Notes: a model not told the origin generated them from the letters alone. A DNA stretch of 63,295 nt, filler included, from Reticulomyxa filosa (GCA_000512085.1; 24 parts of 24 records of this genome joined end to end with filler, not necessarily neighbours in it); one strand, 5' to 3'. Shown: positions 29,030 through 42,769, counted from the first letter of the whole stretch. A program made the numbers and translations.

Positions 29030-29958
29030 TTTGATCTGAGTAAGAAAAAACGAACCGTACATTGAATAATTACTTAGCAGTGTGCGTAGCCTTTGATGGT
29101 TTTCAGCTCTCAAAGTTGCAAATTATTTTAAGAGACAAAAAGCATGTAAATTTTGTTAACTTTCTGCAAGCTGTTGGCTGATTGTTTCGTTCCAGCACAT
29201 TACAACCAACAAAAATTTTTTCATAACACATACGCACATTTGGGGTCATCATAATACTTGAGACCATTTTTTTTTAAGCCCGAAAAGTGATTCGACTGAA
29301 AAGATACGTGTTGTGGTGACACTTTTTTTGTGTGTCCTGACTAAAGGAAAGAAAGTAAAAAGACGTTGTGTGCCAACAAATCTTTTCTATTAGCGTGGGA
29401 CCAGAATTGATGCATACGTCGTAAAAAAGTTTTCTCGTTTTTGGATAACTGTATCAACCTGAAAAACGGGAGCAGTGTTTATTTGATTACTTGGAACAAA
29501 CTTTTGTGCATTAGCTAAACTTTTTTTTTTTGACTAATGCACAAAAGTTTGTTCCAAGTAATCAAAAACGAAACGTTTTTTTTTTATGACGTATGCATCA
29601 ATTCCGTAATGGCCTAAAATAATAACGATACAACCCTTTTCTTTGTCAGGTCAGCAAAAAAAATTGTTACCACAAACGTACGTTTTCAGTCAAAATATTT
29701 TGTAGGCTTAAAAAAGAGGTCTCATGCTTTATGACGACCCAATTGTGTGCGTATGCTTATGAACCAAATTTTTGTTAACTGTAATGTGACGAGTCAGTCA
29801 AACATGTTTGCAAAAGAAAAAGAACAAAAATGATCGACTTTTTGTCTTGAAATGGTTTGAAACTTTGAGTGCTGAAAGCAGTCAAAGGCTGTGCTACTGG
29901 GAAGTGATTATTCTAGCATACGCATACAACGTTTTTTCTTTTAGTCTAGTCATCAAAA
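29030..29958. repeat. About 900-bp imperfect inverted repeat (long hairpin/fold-back)
   Basis: Perfect 33-bp stem 29482-29514/29534-29566 around a 19-nt loop; colinear inverted blocks extend out to 29042-29052/29930-29940. Confidence 0.92.
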
Positions 29959-30074
29959 NNNNNNNNNNNNNNNNNNNNNNNNNNNNNNNNNNNNNNNNNN
30001 NNTTAATTAATTAANNNNNNNNNNNNNNNNNNNNNNNNNNNNNNNNNNNNNNNNNNNNAAAAAAAAAAAAAAAA

Positions 30075-30299
30075 CACACAACGGTTTCAATTTCGGAATG
30101 TCCACTCGTCTTTGTGTAAGCGACACCTCCACTGTCGCTGGGCTCGCGTGGGATGGGATGACCCTTTGGCGTGGCAGCGACGGCGACAACAACGACACGA
30201 TCGGAGTTCAATTGATGGTCGTCTTTATGTTTGTCGTTGCTATTGCTATTATTGTCATTGTCATTGCGATTGTTATTATTATTATTATTATTGTTATTA

Positions 30300-30355
<56 letters not shown>

Positions 30356-30942
30356 GCTGTTGACATTCGTTGCCATTGCTATTTGCATTTGATGTTGTAA
30401 GTGCGACTGCGTTAGCACATTGGTCTGATCGTCATTTGCAAACAAAAAGGAACAGCAGACGTGACAAACGGCCGTCTGCTTCGTCTCACGTGCGTTTGCA
30501 CTGGCGTTGGCGTTGATGCCGTCGTGCTGTTGAATGCAAAAGCAATGCTTGGTAAACGTCCACGTGATCAGCACACATACGGAAAATGTGCTGAAGATGG
30601 CGTGGATGACATAGCTCACCGTTGTGGGGTACGGCGACGAGTATAGCGAATCTTCCATTGCCTCTTTCATCGTCATCACTTCATCCAAAAGTGACATTGC
30701 TTGACACATACAAACATAAAACAAAACAAAAAAAAATACATTTCAATTGTGTTTCAAAAAAAAAAAGTGAAGTGAAATAAAACCTCCACTCAATGCGACA
30801 ATGATAACAACGATGATAATCACATCCAATTTGATCTGTGCCTTAGACAATTGGTCGATCATCATTATTTGTGAGTTCGAGGAATGACCACTTGTTTTAT
30901 TATTGCCATTTGCATTTTCAATCGATGGTTGTGTTGTTATAA

Positions 30943-31005
<63 letters not shown>

Positions 31006-31350
31006 CATCACCATCATCATTTTTGTCTTTATCTTTATCTTTATCTCTATCTTTGGCTGCAGGTTCATGCACGTGGGAATGCGAATGGGAATGCGAAAAC
31101 GAGCGCACACGCTTCAGCATGTTTCTCGCTTGCACCAACGCCTCGTGCACATGCGCGCGCACCTTGTACACCGCAAACGCCGCCACGATACATCCGACCA
31201 TCACATGCGCGTTCAAATACCAGTAGTACACAAAGATTGGAAAACTGCTCTTCGACGACAGTAGAAATGCTACTGCATAGCATATCGCAAACATGCCAAT
31301 GTGCAGATAAAACAAGTTCTTCCACATCTTTTTAAACCATTTTGGTGATG
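30075..31350 (-). CDS. Multi-pass membrane protein (7TM/GPCR-like C-terminal half) with poly-Asn loops, partial
   Basis: Four hydrophobic helices, with a long low-complexity loop between the 2nd and 3rd; (AAT)n tracts at about 30270-30355 and about 30945-31005; intron about 30785-30700. Confidence 0.5.
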
Positions 31351-31351
31351 C

Positions 31352-31391
<40 letters not shown>

Positions 31392-31491
31392 NNNNNNNNN
31401 NNNNNNNNNNNNNNNNNNNNNNNNNNNNNNNNNNNTTAATTAATTAANNNNNNNNNNNNNNNNNNNNNNNNNNNNNNNNNNNNNNNNNNNN

Positions 31492-32678
31492 CCAAAATAG
31501 TTATATAAATTAGCAACATCAGGATGATCAGGTCCCAATTTATTCAATAAAATTTTTAAACATTTTTCACAATATTCAATTGCTTTGTCATATTCTGCTT
31601 TGTTACGATACGCTTTGCTCAGATAGAAATAAGAATACGCAACATCGACATGAAAATCATGTAATGTTTGCAATCTAACACAAAGTGCAAAACGAAATAA
31701 TAGAATTGCCTCATTGACTTTTGAGATATCTAATGCATTTTCTCCCAATTCCATTAAATTTTCTATATCAATAGGCCAAGAACAAGTAAAAACATGAGAA
31801 TAGAAACGATAACGAATAATAGATTGATTAGTAGTGATAAGTTGTTGAGTAATATGACAATTTCCAAATCCATCAATAATACAATCAACAACATAAACAG
31901 ATCCATCAATTATAATATTATCAAATGTGATATTTTTTGAATAAAATGAAGAAACAGAATATGGTCCAATTATTAATTTTTTTTTCATATATTCATTTGA
32001 ATTGATCATCATTGAAAAAGGAATATTTTGTTGTTGATATAATTTATCATTTGATTTTATTAATTGTTCAATATTTGTTGCTACAACAACAATTCCTTGT
32101 TGCTTATTATTAATCATTTCATTTACCATTTTATGTGCTTGTTCATTTGCTTTATTCCATGAATTATTTTTATCAATTTCAGTAATATAAAGAAAGATAT
32201 GTTTATTGCAAGTTGTAGTAATTTGAATAATCTGTTTATCTAATATTTTTTGTTTAACTAATATAATATTATCATTTAATGATTTTAATGATTTTAATAA
32301 TTTAATATTTTGTGACATTACATTACAAAAACATTCAGCAAAATAACTTTCTTTATTTGATTTTAATTTTTCATTAATTGTTGAAGATATTATAAAAGTA
32401 TCTAATCCATAATTATGATATTGTTGATTATTATATCCATTTATTTGATATACATTTTTAATATATATTTTAGGTTTATTTAAAAATGAAAATAATTCTT
32501 GTATTTTATTAAATGGTTTATATCTATTATCATCTGATGTTATTAATATATCTCCTTTTTCTGATATTGTATTAATATAACCACACCATACAAATATTAA
32601 TGAATCATAATTATTTTTATTTTTGTTTTTATGATATTTCATTAAAAATTCATTTAATTGATTTAATGTTAATGATTC
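31492..32678 (-). CDS. Caspase-like (apparently inactive) domain + TPR repeats, partial
   Basis: 'YDSLIFVWCGY...ILITSD...FLNKPKIYIKNVY' (cf. ILSHG...KPKLFIIQACRG); 'HVDVAYSY...AEYDKAIEYCEKCLKILLNKLGPDHPDVANLY' (kinesin-light-chain-type TPR). Confidence 0.65.
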
Positions 32679-32834
32679 NNNNNNNNNNNNNNNNNNNNNN
32701 NNNNNNNNNNNNNNNNNNNNNNTTAATTAATTAANNNNNNNNNNNNNNNNNNNNNNNNNNNNNNNNNNNNNNNNNNNNTTTTTTTTTTTTTTTTTTTTTT
32801 TTTTTAAGTTAAAATATAGGTTTGTCTCTTCTTA

Positions 32835-33412
<578 letters not shown>

Positions 33413-34013
33413 GTTTTTTCTTGTTAATTATAAAATCAACAATATCAATTAAACAACTTCTAAAAAAAGTGAAAAGAACGAGTAGTTTCAAACACAAACA
33501 AAGAGGGGAGTTGACAAAATTTACGTAACAAACAAATATTTTCAATTATTTGCGACATAACCTCCAAAGATAAACTTAAGACATAGTATTTATCACAAAA
33601 CGAATTTTGTCCACTATTTGTGAGAGACAATATCTTGGGTGGAAACAAAAGAGGCAAATGTCAAACAGTTGACTACTTCGTAAATTTCGGATCTATGGTT
33701 GGATTTTTAAAATTTTGTTAAAAAACAAATTGGTTTTAATTGATAACAAATTGGTATTTGATAAAAATTTACTCTTTAATGTAATATATCGTATAGATTA
33801 TGGAAAGACAAAAATCAGAATATTTTTGTTAGGAATATTATTTCCTGGTAATATATAGAACTTACTTCTGAAAAACAATAATCAAAGCATTTCTAGGAGT
33901 GAAGTTTTTTTATTGATGCGTTACTCTGGTTGTGAGGGTACACGGGACGACAAAGAGCAGAACTTGAAAGAATTATTTTATTTTTTTTGACGAAATTTTT
34001 CAAGAATTTAACA

Positions 34014-34392
34014 ATGTCGTCTGCAGTGGATGAAACCCCAAAGCCTTTGCTCAATGGCAATCACTCTAACAATATGGGTCAAGACGTTGCCGCAGCGGAT
34101 GAAACCCCAAAGCTTTTGCTCAACGTTAATAACTCTAACAATACGGGTGAAGGCATTGCCGCATTGGATCCTACTTCCCTCCATGCTGACCGTAAGTCAC
34201 TTTTGGAGTTGAGTCGAAAACGAACACCAGTTACGATTGAATGGGACAACATTAATTACTGGTTAACAGTGCAAGATCCAAAGTCCTCCAGGATTTGCTG
34301 TAAGCCAAAGATCCAAAAACAAATATTATGTAATGTTACAGGGATAGCTACTCCAGGAGAGTTAGTGGCAATAATGGGACCAAGTGGGAGTG
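34014..34392 (+). CDS. ABCG (White-family) transporter, first exon; head-to-head with beta-tubulin
   Basis: 'PVTIEWDNINY', 'KQILCNVTGIATPGELVAIMGPSGSG(K)' Walker A. Confidence 0.9.
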
Positions 34393-34555
34393 GTAAGTCA
34401 AACTGGTTTTTTTTTTTTTTTTTTTTGACTGGTTGTTATCTGTAAACTAGTTAGANNNNNNNNNNNNNNNNNNNNNNNNNNNNNNNNNNNNNNNNNNNNT
34501 TAATTAATTAANNNNNNNNNNNNNNNNNNNNNNNNNNNNNNNNNNNNNNNNNNNN

Positions 34556-34797
34556 GGCAAAGTGGACAGATACAATTGAATCTCTTTTTCATTTTCAAAG
34601 TTTTCTGGAACTTTATGTCCGTCACGGGATTTCCCCTGCCTCACAAGCTCTCGCCATGTTTCTTTAACCACTACCCACGGGTATTGCCCTTTTTTATCTT
34701 GTGCTAGATATATCCTTCCTTGCAACGTGTTTGCCAACACTTTGGTAAATTTATAGCGGTTTGCTCCTTGTAGGTCCTCCATTTCCTCTTTCGACAT
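34556..34797 (-). CDS. Ser/Thr protein kinase N-lobe (truncated)
   Basis: 'YKFTKVLANTLQGRIYLA...VVVK...ENFENEKEI', subdomains I-III. Confidence 0.7.
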
Positions 34798-35881
34798 CGC
34801 TTTGATTTAATTAAGCAATCCTTTTCTTTATCTCCTTGACTTTTTGCACTATCCAAACGGCAAAAAACAAGAAAAGACTAAAAAAAGGAGAAATGAAACT
34901 AATTATTTGGAAGAATTAACAACAGTTTTCGTGTTTTTTAATAGGTTTTTTTTTGGAAATAGCTTTCGGTTTTCTTACAAAGTTCTGCAAGTGGAAACTT
35001 CGATTGCGATAGTTTTTGCAAGTTTTCTCGCTTCCATTTGCAAAAAGTACAAAATATTGAAACTTTTATATGTTCCGTTTATGTTTTATCATATCAGCAC
35101 CACTGCTTCGATTAAAATCCATATACCTTTGTTTTTCATTCCCAAGGAATTTTCTTCATTAAGTAAAACTGTTAGCTTTAAATAAAATTTCCAGCATGAT
35201 CGAGAAAAGTTAATTTTTTTTTCGAGCAAAAGTAATTAATTTCAAACGTAAAATTCGATTGAAAAAAACGTCTTTTTAACTTGAACAAAGGGGCTAGTTC
35301 GAAGCAATTTTATTTAAAATAAAGTGTCATACCCCATTTTGAAAAAATATGCAGTCAGGTCCAAAATTTTTATTATATATATGATTGAAATGCGCATAAT
35401 ATCGAACATTTCCAAAAAAAAAGACACGGATTTTGCTTGTAGCAGACCAGGAGAGACAAACCTGAAAAACACGAGAGGCAAAGGTAAAATTGAAAAGTCA
35501 AAGCAACATGAAAAGAAACGAAAAAAAGCAAAATTTTGGGCTATTATCAACAGAGCTGTTTTTTGTATGATATTGTTAGCAGAAATCAAAAGAAGACAAT
35601 CAAAAAATAAACTTACAAATGAAGATATGTTCGAAAAGAATTTGCACTTGCCTTTTGAACTTTGGCGACAGAGCTGTGATAATTTCCAAATTGTCGTCAA
35701 ATTTTTGTCAACAAAAGCTAGGTTGAGAGTAATATTCGATTAATTTCCTTTTTCTTTTGATATATTTTTTTTGGAATGGGAAATGATATCATATACATAT
35801 ATATGTATATGTATATATTTTTTAAATAATACTTAAGTAATGTTTTGTTTAATGAAAACAGTTTTTCAGTGTCTTTGAGCT

Positions 35882-37158
35882 ATGTCATCACCGCAAATTT
35901 ACGAAGTAGACTTTCAGGAGGAATGAAAGAAGAAAATTGCAATAGATCGAAAAATGAATCACCTAATCCTCCTCACTTGGTAATATTTGAATAGAAAAAA
36001 TATTTTTTTTTTTAGATGGATTGGATGTTTTTAAAATTTGGTAATTACATTGCTTGACAAAAAAAAAAAAAGAGAAGATATTGCAAATAAAAATTGATAG
36101 ACAGAAAAAGAAATCAAAATGATTGTTGAGAGCTGGCTTCGGATGGCGCATGTTTATTGGGGATGGATTGATGAATTCTTTCTAATAATTGGAAAATATG
36201 TTGGGTGATTGGTTTTCTTGTCATTTTTGTTTGCTCAATTTCAAATGATCTACAATATGTTTGTAACGCATTTTTAACAGGCCAAATATTTCAGAGAATT
36301 GAAGATATTTCAAGGTCATTCCAATCGTGTTACTTGTGCTCAATTTTCACCAGATGGTCAAACTATCGTATCATCTTCCAATGATCAAACAATTCGGTTA
36401 TGGGATGTAATATCGGGCCGGGAAATTCAAAAATTTGAAGGGTTGGGGTGGATATATGGAGTACAATTTTCACCAGATGGTTGTACCATTGTGTCATATT
36501 CGGAGGATGCTGCAATTCGAATATGGGATTTGAAATCTGGCTCAGAAGTTTCAAAATTGGAAGGCCATTCGGCAGTTGTAACAAAGCTCAATTTTCACCA
36601 GATGGACATGCGATTGTGTCATCTTCCTATGACAAGACTATTCGGATATGGGATTTGACAGCAGGAAAATTAGTTCGGACATTGAAAGGACATTTCAATG
36701 TTGTAACGGGGGCACAATTTTCACCAAATAGTCGGACCATTGTCTCTTCGTCATGGGACAAAACAATTCGATTGTGGGATGTGGAATCAGGAAAAGAGTT
36801 ACAAAAATTAGAGGGACATCCGACTTGGGTAAGAGGGGCACAATTTTCACCAAATGGTCGTATTGTTGTATCTTTTTCTTTTGAAACAATTCGATTATGG
36901 GATGTGGCATCAGGACGAGAAATACAAAAATTAGAAGGACATTCAGACATTGTTACTGGAGCACAATTTTTACCGGATAGTTCCACTGTTGTTTCGTGCT
37001 CAGTTGACAAAACCATCAGAATATGGGATGTAACATCAGGACAAGAAATACAAAAACTGGAAGGTCATTCAAAAGTTGTAACTGGATTGGATGTTACTCC
37101 GGATGGTGACACCATAGTGTCATCTTCAGATGATTTCACAATTCGATTGTGGGGATAG
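35882..37158 (+). CDS. WD40-repeat protein with N-terminal 'GW' module exon (36101-36199); frameshift near 36580, possibly a pseudogene
   Basis: Seven highly similar GH...FSPDG..IVSSS.DKTIRLWD repeats; phase-0 introns flank the 99-bp exon. Confidence 0.88.
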
Positions 37159-37575
37159 AATTCAATAATGCAAACAAATAAAACAAAGAATTTACAGCAA
37201 TCTTCTTTTAAGCTCAAATCACAATTGAAATCTCAGTTTGCAATCTTTTAATTGCATTCAAAGCCAAATCGTTCATGTTGGCTGCGACGGTGCCATAATA
37301 ATTACTTTTTAAATTTAATAAATCTTATTCAACACTAAACAAAATGGTACCGCAGAAAAATTGCTGATTTTTTTAATAAAATTAAGAATTGAGCAATATT
37401 TTTAAAGATTTGCAGGTAACAAGAACCATTGATGATTTTGCTTTTACTTTGTATAAATTATTTTTGAATAAGGGATTAATGTAAGAAAGTTGTACTTACT
37501 GAATGGTAAATTGTTTTCATTTGATATTGAAAATAAATTTTTTAAATGTCACAAACATTTTAAAAAAGAATCAGC

Positions 37576-38791
37576 TCATGCTTCATCCTCCGGTCGTAAG
37601 TTTTTTGCAACAGGTAACAAAAACAACCTTGTAGCTTCTTGAATGTAGCTTCGTAATAGTTTGACGTTGGGTTTTGATAACTCATTTGCCCAAAGATGTT
37701 CTTTCGAGAAATCCGAAAATACATCGTGCACGAAAAGTCCACTAATTTTGGGGAAGTTGACCAAAGACATCTGTGAGACATAATTTCAAACAAAACAAAA
37801 AAAGGCTGTTTAAATTATAAGAAAAAAAAAAGAGTGAAAAAAAACCGACCTCTCCAACTTTGGACGTGACGGAATTCAAACGATTTGCATTAAAAAACGA
37901 GTCCAAGTGCGTAAAGAATTGATCCGAGAGAATCTGATGTTGAGAAAAGATGGATTGAAATTTGGTGGCAATATCACTTCGGAGTTGTTTCAAATTATCA
38001 TCACCGGTTTTCCAATTGATAGTAACTTTTTTTTTTTGGGTGCAGTTTGATCATCGCTGCGATGTTTATTATTCTTTGCACCCATTGCACAGTTTTCAGC
38101 AAAAGCTTCGCATTTGAATTTTAATAACACGTGGCTTCCTAGCAAGCGTCGTAAGACGACACCTTCAGCGATAGTACCAGATGTGGGTTGCAGCGGCAAT
38201 TTTAATTGCTGAGGGATCGTGGAAACCAAGTGATCGACATCTACACTATCCAGCAAGTGTTGTAAAGTCCCTTTGAACAAAGGCTTCGGAAAAGCGTCAA
38301 ATTGTCCAGCATGTTCGAAAATGTGAAGACATTGTGAAAATGTCAGAAAACGTTTGCCATAGCGACGAACGGGTTTAGAAGGATCGGTGGAAGAGGATGG
38401 AATGGAGCCAGTGATAGTAGTGCCCGTGGAAGGGGCAGTGAATACAATACGAATATCAAAAGGGAAAAAATGATGATAAGGAGAATAACTCACTCCAATT
38501 TGGACGGCTTTATATTTTTTAGAGGTCACTACTCTCAAAAATTCCTCTCGTTTCTCTTTTCTTAATTCATCACGTGCCGGTGGATTGACAGTGTCACTGT
38601 CACGTTCGTAGCCAAAATTACCACCAAACAATTCTCCATACACTAATACAGCAACGCAATTGGGCTCTATATTTTGTTTGATGTACTCATAGCATTTGTT
38701 CACTCTGATTTTTCTTTTGCCATTACATCTCTCCATCCACTGTAATAGGAATCTTCATCATTTAATAAGCCATTTCGTCTATTTTTTATTT

Positions 38792-38825
<34 letters not shown>

Positions 38826-39804
38826 CTATATACATATATGTACATGCTCACCTAGCTGCAACAAAGTTTGTACCATCTGTCAAAATAGTGAAATTGGTGC
38901 CGTGCACTTTTTCACATGCCACCCATTCGACATCAGGTTCTGCGTGCCCATGTGCAATGAGATCATTTACCTCACGTTTGTTAAAGTGATTTTCAATGCT
39001 GGGGTACATGTTCCAAAATGATTTCAAAAGATCGATTCCTTCCAATTCTTTCGTTTCTATTTCTTCCTCAGTTTCTTCCGTATCTGCTTGTTTCGCCGTT
39101 GTGTGCTGTTCTGGCTTGTCCTTTTCGTCTCGAAACACCAAAATCTGTATTTGTTTATTTTTTTCCCTCTCACATTGTAACTTGAGTTCCCGTTGGATGG
39201 AAAAAAAAAAAAAAGGTAGTAGTAAACTTTTGGAATCGGATCAATGGCTCCAATCTTTATCCAGCCTGTAGAAGGAGGGAATACACTATCGTAAGGGTCG
39301 TGGGCTAGATACAGCACAGTAGTGCATGCGACAGTGGCAGAAGCCTCTTCAAGAATCACCCAAGAATGCTCGAAGCCAAATATCGATTTTATTTCGCTAT
39401 ACGTTTTGTCATTTGGCTGCGCTTTTTTAATTCGAATATGTGCCGTTCCTTGTGGAAATATTCAAACAATGTATCTTGTTTAGTTTCATATAGTCCGATC
39501 ACTCTTCCAATCCCAGCGGCTACAATTTCTGCTTTCATTGCTAATCCATTAATTTCCTTAGAAAATAATTCGGAATTTTCTTTTCTTCGCCATTCCAAAC
39601 ATTTTTTATATTGTGCCAATGGATGACTTTTGCAATTGTCCACCAGGGAATTGCATTCTTTTGCCGTTGTTGTATGTGTACGTGTGTTTTTTGCTGAGTT
39701 CTCAAAACATACCGACACACAAATTCCTTGTTCAACAAAAACAAAAAAAAAGTTTTCCGACCTTTACAATACATCTGCATCGTGTATCCGAAGAATTCAG
39801 GCAC
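37576..39804 (-). CDS. Rnl2/REL-family ATP-dependent RNA ligase with N-terminal extension, about 7 exons
   Basis: Motif I 'WVACEKVHGTNF', III 'VYGELFGG', IIIa 'FFPFDI', IV 'AEGVVLR', V 'LLKFKCEAFAE'; Rnl2 C-terminal domain 'NRLNSVTSKVGE...FPKISGLFVHDVFSDF'. Confidence 0.88.
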
Positions 39805-40214
39805 AACTCAAAAATGGCAAAATATACCAGGTAAAAGATGGCAAAGAAGATAAATTTTTAGTAAACCAGAAAAAAAGGATAAGTTTGACTCAGTTCGTTT
39901 TTGAAAAGAAGGAAAACACTTTTTAAATAGTTGGAAATATTTTTTTGCGCCATAAAAATGTGCACGGTAGCACATTGAGTAACTCACTGAAACTTGAAAA
40001 AAATAAAATGGTTATTTCTTGGATCAACGCTCTTTGTTTTTTCATTTTCTAATTTTACTTTTTGTTTTTATTGAAATTTGCTCAAAAAGGTATATTACAT
40101 CTTTTGCTTAAATTACACTTTACATCCAAATAATAAAAAATTACTAATTAATTAACAAAAAAAATTACTTCTTCCTATTGGAAATTCTTTGACTAGTAAA
40201 GGAACGTAGTAAAG

Positions 40215-42554
40215 TTATGCCCACAAATGAATAGCTCCATTGTACGATCCAGAACACAAAATATAATCATGACAGTCATCTTCATTTCGGTTATTCTGTT
40301 TATTACTTTGCAATACCGAGCATTGAAGAGAAATAATTCCGCAATCTTTATCATTCCCTTTGATAACATAAAATTGTCGATGGGTTCGAACATCCCAAAA
40401 GCGGATGGTGTTGTCTCTTGCAGCAGAACATATAAGATCTGAATTATTTTGAAAAGGTAAGTACTCGATACAATACACACAGCCAGTGTGTCCCTTGAAA
40501 ATATGAGTTTCCTCCTTCATTCGAGCATCCCACAAACGAATAGTTTTGTCATTTGACCCAGAGCATATTATTTCACTTCGTGGATATTTTACACTCCTCA
40601 CAAAGCCCGAATGGCCTTGAAAGACGGCCAATTCTTTGGCAGTTTCAACGTCCCATAAACGAACAGTATTGTCACATGCCCCAGAGCAAATGGAATATCC
40701 ACTGCCACCAATTACGCCCGGATCCTTATTACGATTGCATTCACTCTGCAATGGTGAAAATTCAACACACCAAACGCTGTTGGAATGTCTATCGAGAGCA
40801 TACAACGACTTGCAAGTTTCAATATCCCAAAGACGAATTGTATTGTCCGCTGATCCAGAACATAAGAATTGACCACCACGGAACGGTGAAAATTGGAAAC
40901 CACAGACACCATTTGAATGTCCATTCAAAATCTGTGTCTGTTTGCCAGTTTCAATATTCCAAAAGCGAATGGTTGAATCCCATGAACTAGAACAAATGGA
41001 TTTCCAATAATATGATGAAAATTTTACACAAAACACGGTACTTGAATGTCCTGTAAAGACTTGAATTTGTTCGGCTGTATCCACATCCCACAATCGAACT
41101 GTCATATCAGTTGATCCAGAGCAAAGAAGATGTCTTCCATCCAAGAACGAATATTCAATACCATACACCATGCTCGAGTGTCCATTGAATGATTTAAATG
41201 CACTGGGAGAATGTGGCAAACTAAATGTGTTTTTAGAGATTTGAAAACAAAAAGGAGGCAATTTAGATACATTATTTATTGCCTCTTTTTCTTCTTCTTT
41301 TTCATCACTTTTGATTTTTTGCAACTGCTCTCTATTTTCGTTAGCAGATGAACTGCTTGCTCCTTCCAATCCTTCCTCCCCCAAACTATCTTCTACTATT
41401 TCAATATCCGCATAACATTTCAGCAATTCTGCCTCATTATCTTGTTGGATCCTTTTCATTTCATTTTCTTTCTCCAAGAGCTGTCGCTCCTTCAGCTGAA
41501 TATCTTTCTGATTTTGTTCTATTTCTGTTCTCATAAGTTGAATTTGTTTATCTTTTGTATGCATTTGTTGGATACTCTTTTCGAGTAACTGCTTCAATTC
41601 TTCCATTTCAGTATTGACACTGTGCTATCTTATTTATACAATATATACATATATATATACATATATATACATATATATATGTATATTTTTTATGAGATAT
41701 ATCTAGTTTCAAAGCAAAAAATACCTGAAAAAAATTGGTCTTGTAAAACTGTTGCTCACATTGTTGTAATTGCTGTTTCAATTGATAGTTTTCTTTTTCC
41801 TTTCTTACATTAAGCTGCAATTCTGATTTTAATTTCTCATTTTCCAACTGCAACTGTCCCACTTGGCTCTGGTTTATTTTTATTTGTATTGTCTTTTTTA
41901 TTTATTATGGCTTTGTTATGTTGGAGATAACAACGGCCAAACTTGATATTGTTGGATAATGTGTTGCAAAGATTCGATAAATTTCGTGGCCAATTCAAAA
42001 TGCAATTTCAAATTGGAAATCAAATGCTCCTGCAATTTGTTTTCGTGACATAAATGATCACATCCAAATGGTTTAAACCAACAATCAAATAACCTCAAAG
42101 GACATGCATTCTCTAAATGGTCGGGCACCTCTCTTATCTTTCCTTTAAAATTACACATCACAGCTTTTACTATTTTTCCTTCATGTCGTCGGGTTACTAT
42201 TTGCGAATTTTGTTCAAATTGTCGTGGACATATCACACACAATTCTCCTATTTGTCGTTGCGCGAGTTTGCTTTTCGAATACAAACAATCTTCGTGGCTG
42301 TCGACTGGGCAAACATTGCGATTGTCACAGAGATATTTCCGCAAACAAGTTTCTCCAACAATCAATAATTCATCAGCATTTTCGTGCTGAAGGCAGTCCA
42401 GTTCCATCGCATTGTTTGCAACTTGTTCACAAATTAAACAAATAAAGTTGCCAATTTGTTCTTTTTGGTTTGATTGCAAAATCCAGTTTTTATCCAAGCA
42501 AGAACGCATGACAACTGCATTTGGTCTTGATTCCTTATTTTTTTCATCGTCCAT
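40215..42554 (-). CDS. RING-like/TRAF-type Zn-finger + coiled coil + WD40 protein (TRAF7-like architecture), about 3 exons
   Basis: 'FICLICEQVANNAMELDC..H...GETCL...CPVDSH', 'VICPRQF', 'CNFKGKI...HLENACPL', 'CWFKPFGC'; WD40 repeats 40215-41200. Confidence 0.88.
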
Positions 42555-42769
42555 GGCTTTTTAGAAGTATTTTTTAAAAACCTAGTTCAGAACGTGTCTT
42601 GACACTACAAGGTAAATCGAAACATATTGCCAACAGAAAAATCTGACAAGAAGCACCGTCGTAGTGGGTNNNNNNNNNNNNNNNNNNNNNNNNNNNNNNN
42701 NNNNNNNNNNNNNTTAATTAATTAANNNNNNNNNNNNNNNNNNNNNNNNNNNNNNNNNNNNNNNNNNNN

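Noticed and set aside
20987-29378. Shared AGACGTTGT-like word between the two fold-backs
   Set aside because: Too short to establish that they are related.
30098-31264. Poly-Ile/Tyr/Leu ORFs on the + strand (and poly-Cys/Leu at 62057-62402)
   Set aside because: Antisense readings of (AAT)n and (AAC)n poly-Asn tracts.
35314-35743. Overlapping 128/139-aa ORFs
   Set aside because: Low-complexity intergenic DNA without ATG starts or motifs.
36580-42554. RNA ligase and flanking WD40 genes as a functional cluster
   Set aside because: WD40 genes are abundant throughout the window, so adjacency is expected by chance.
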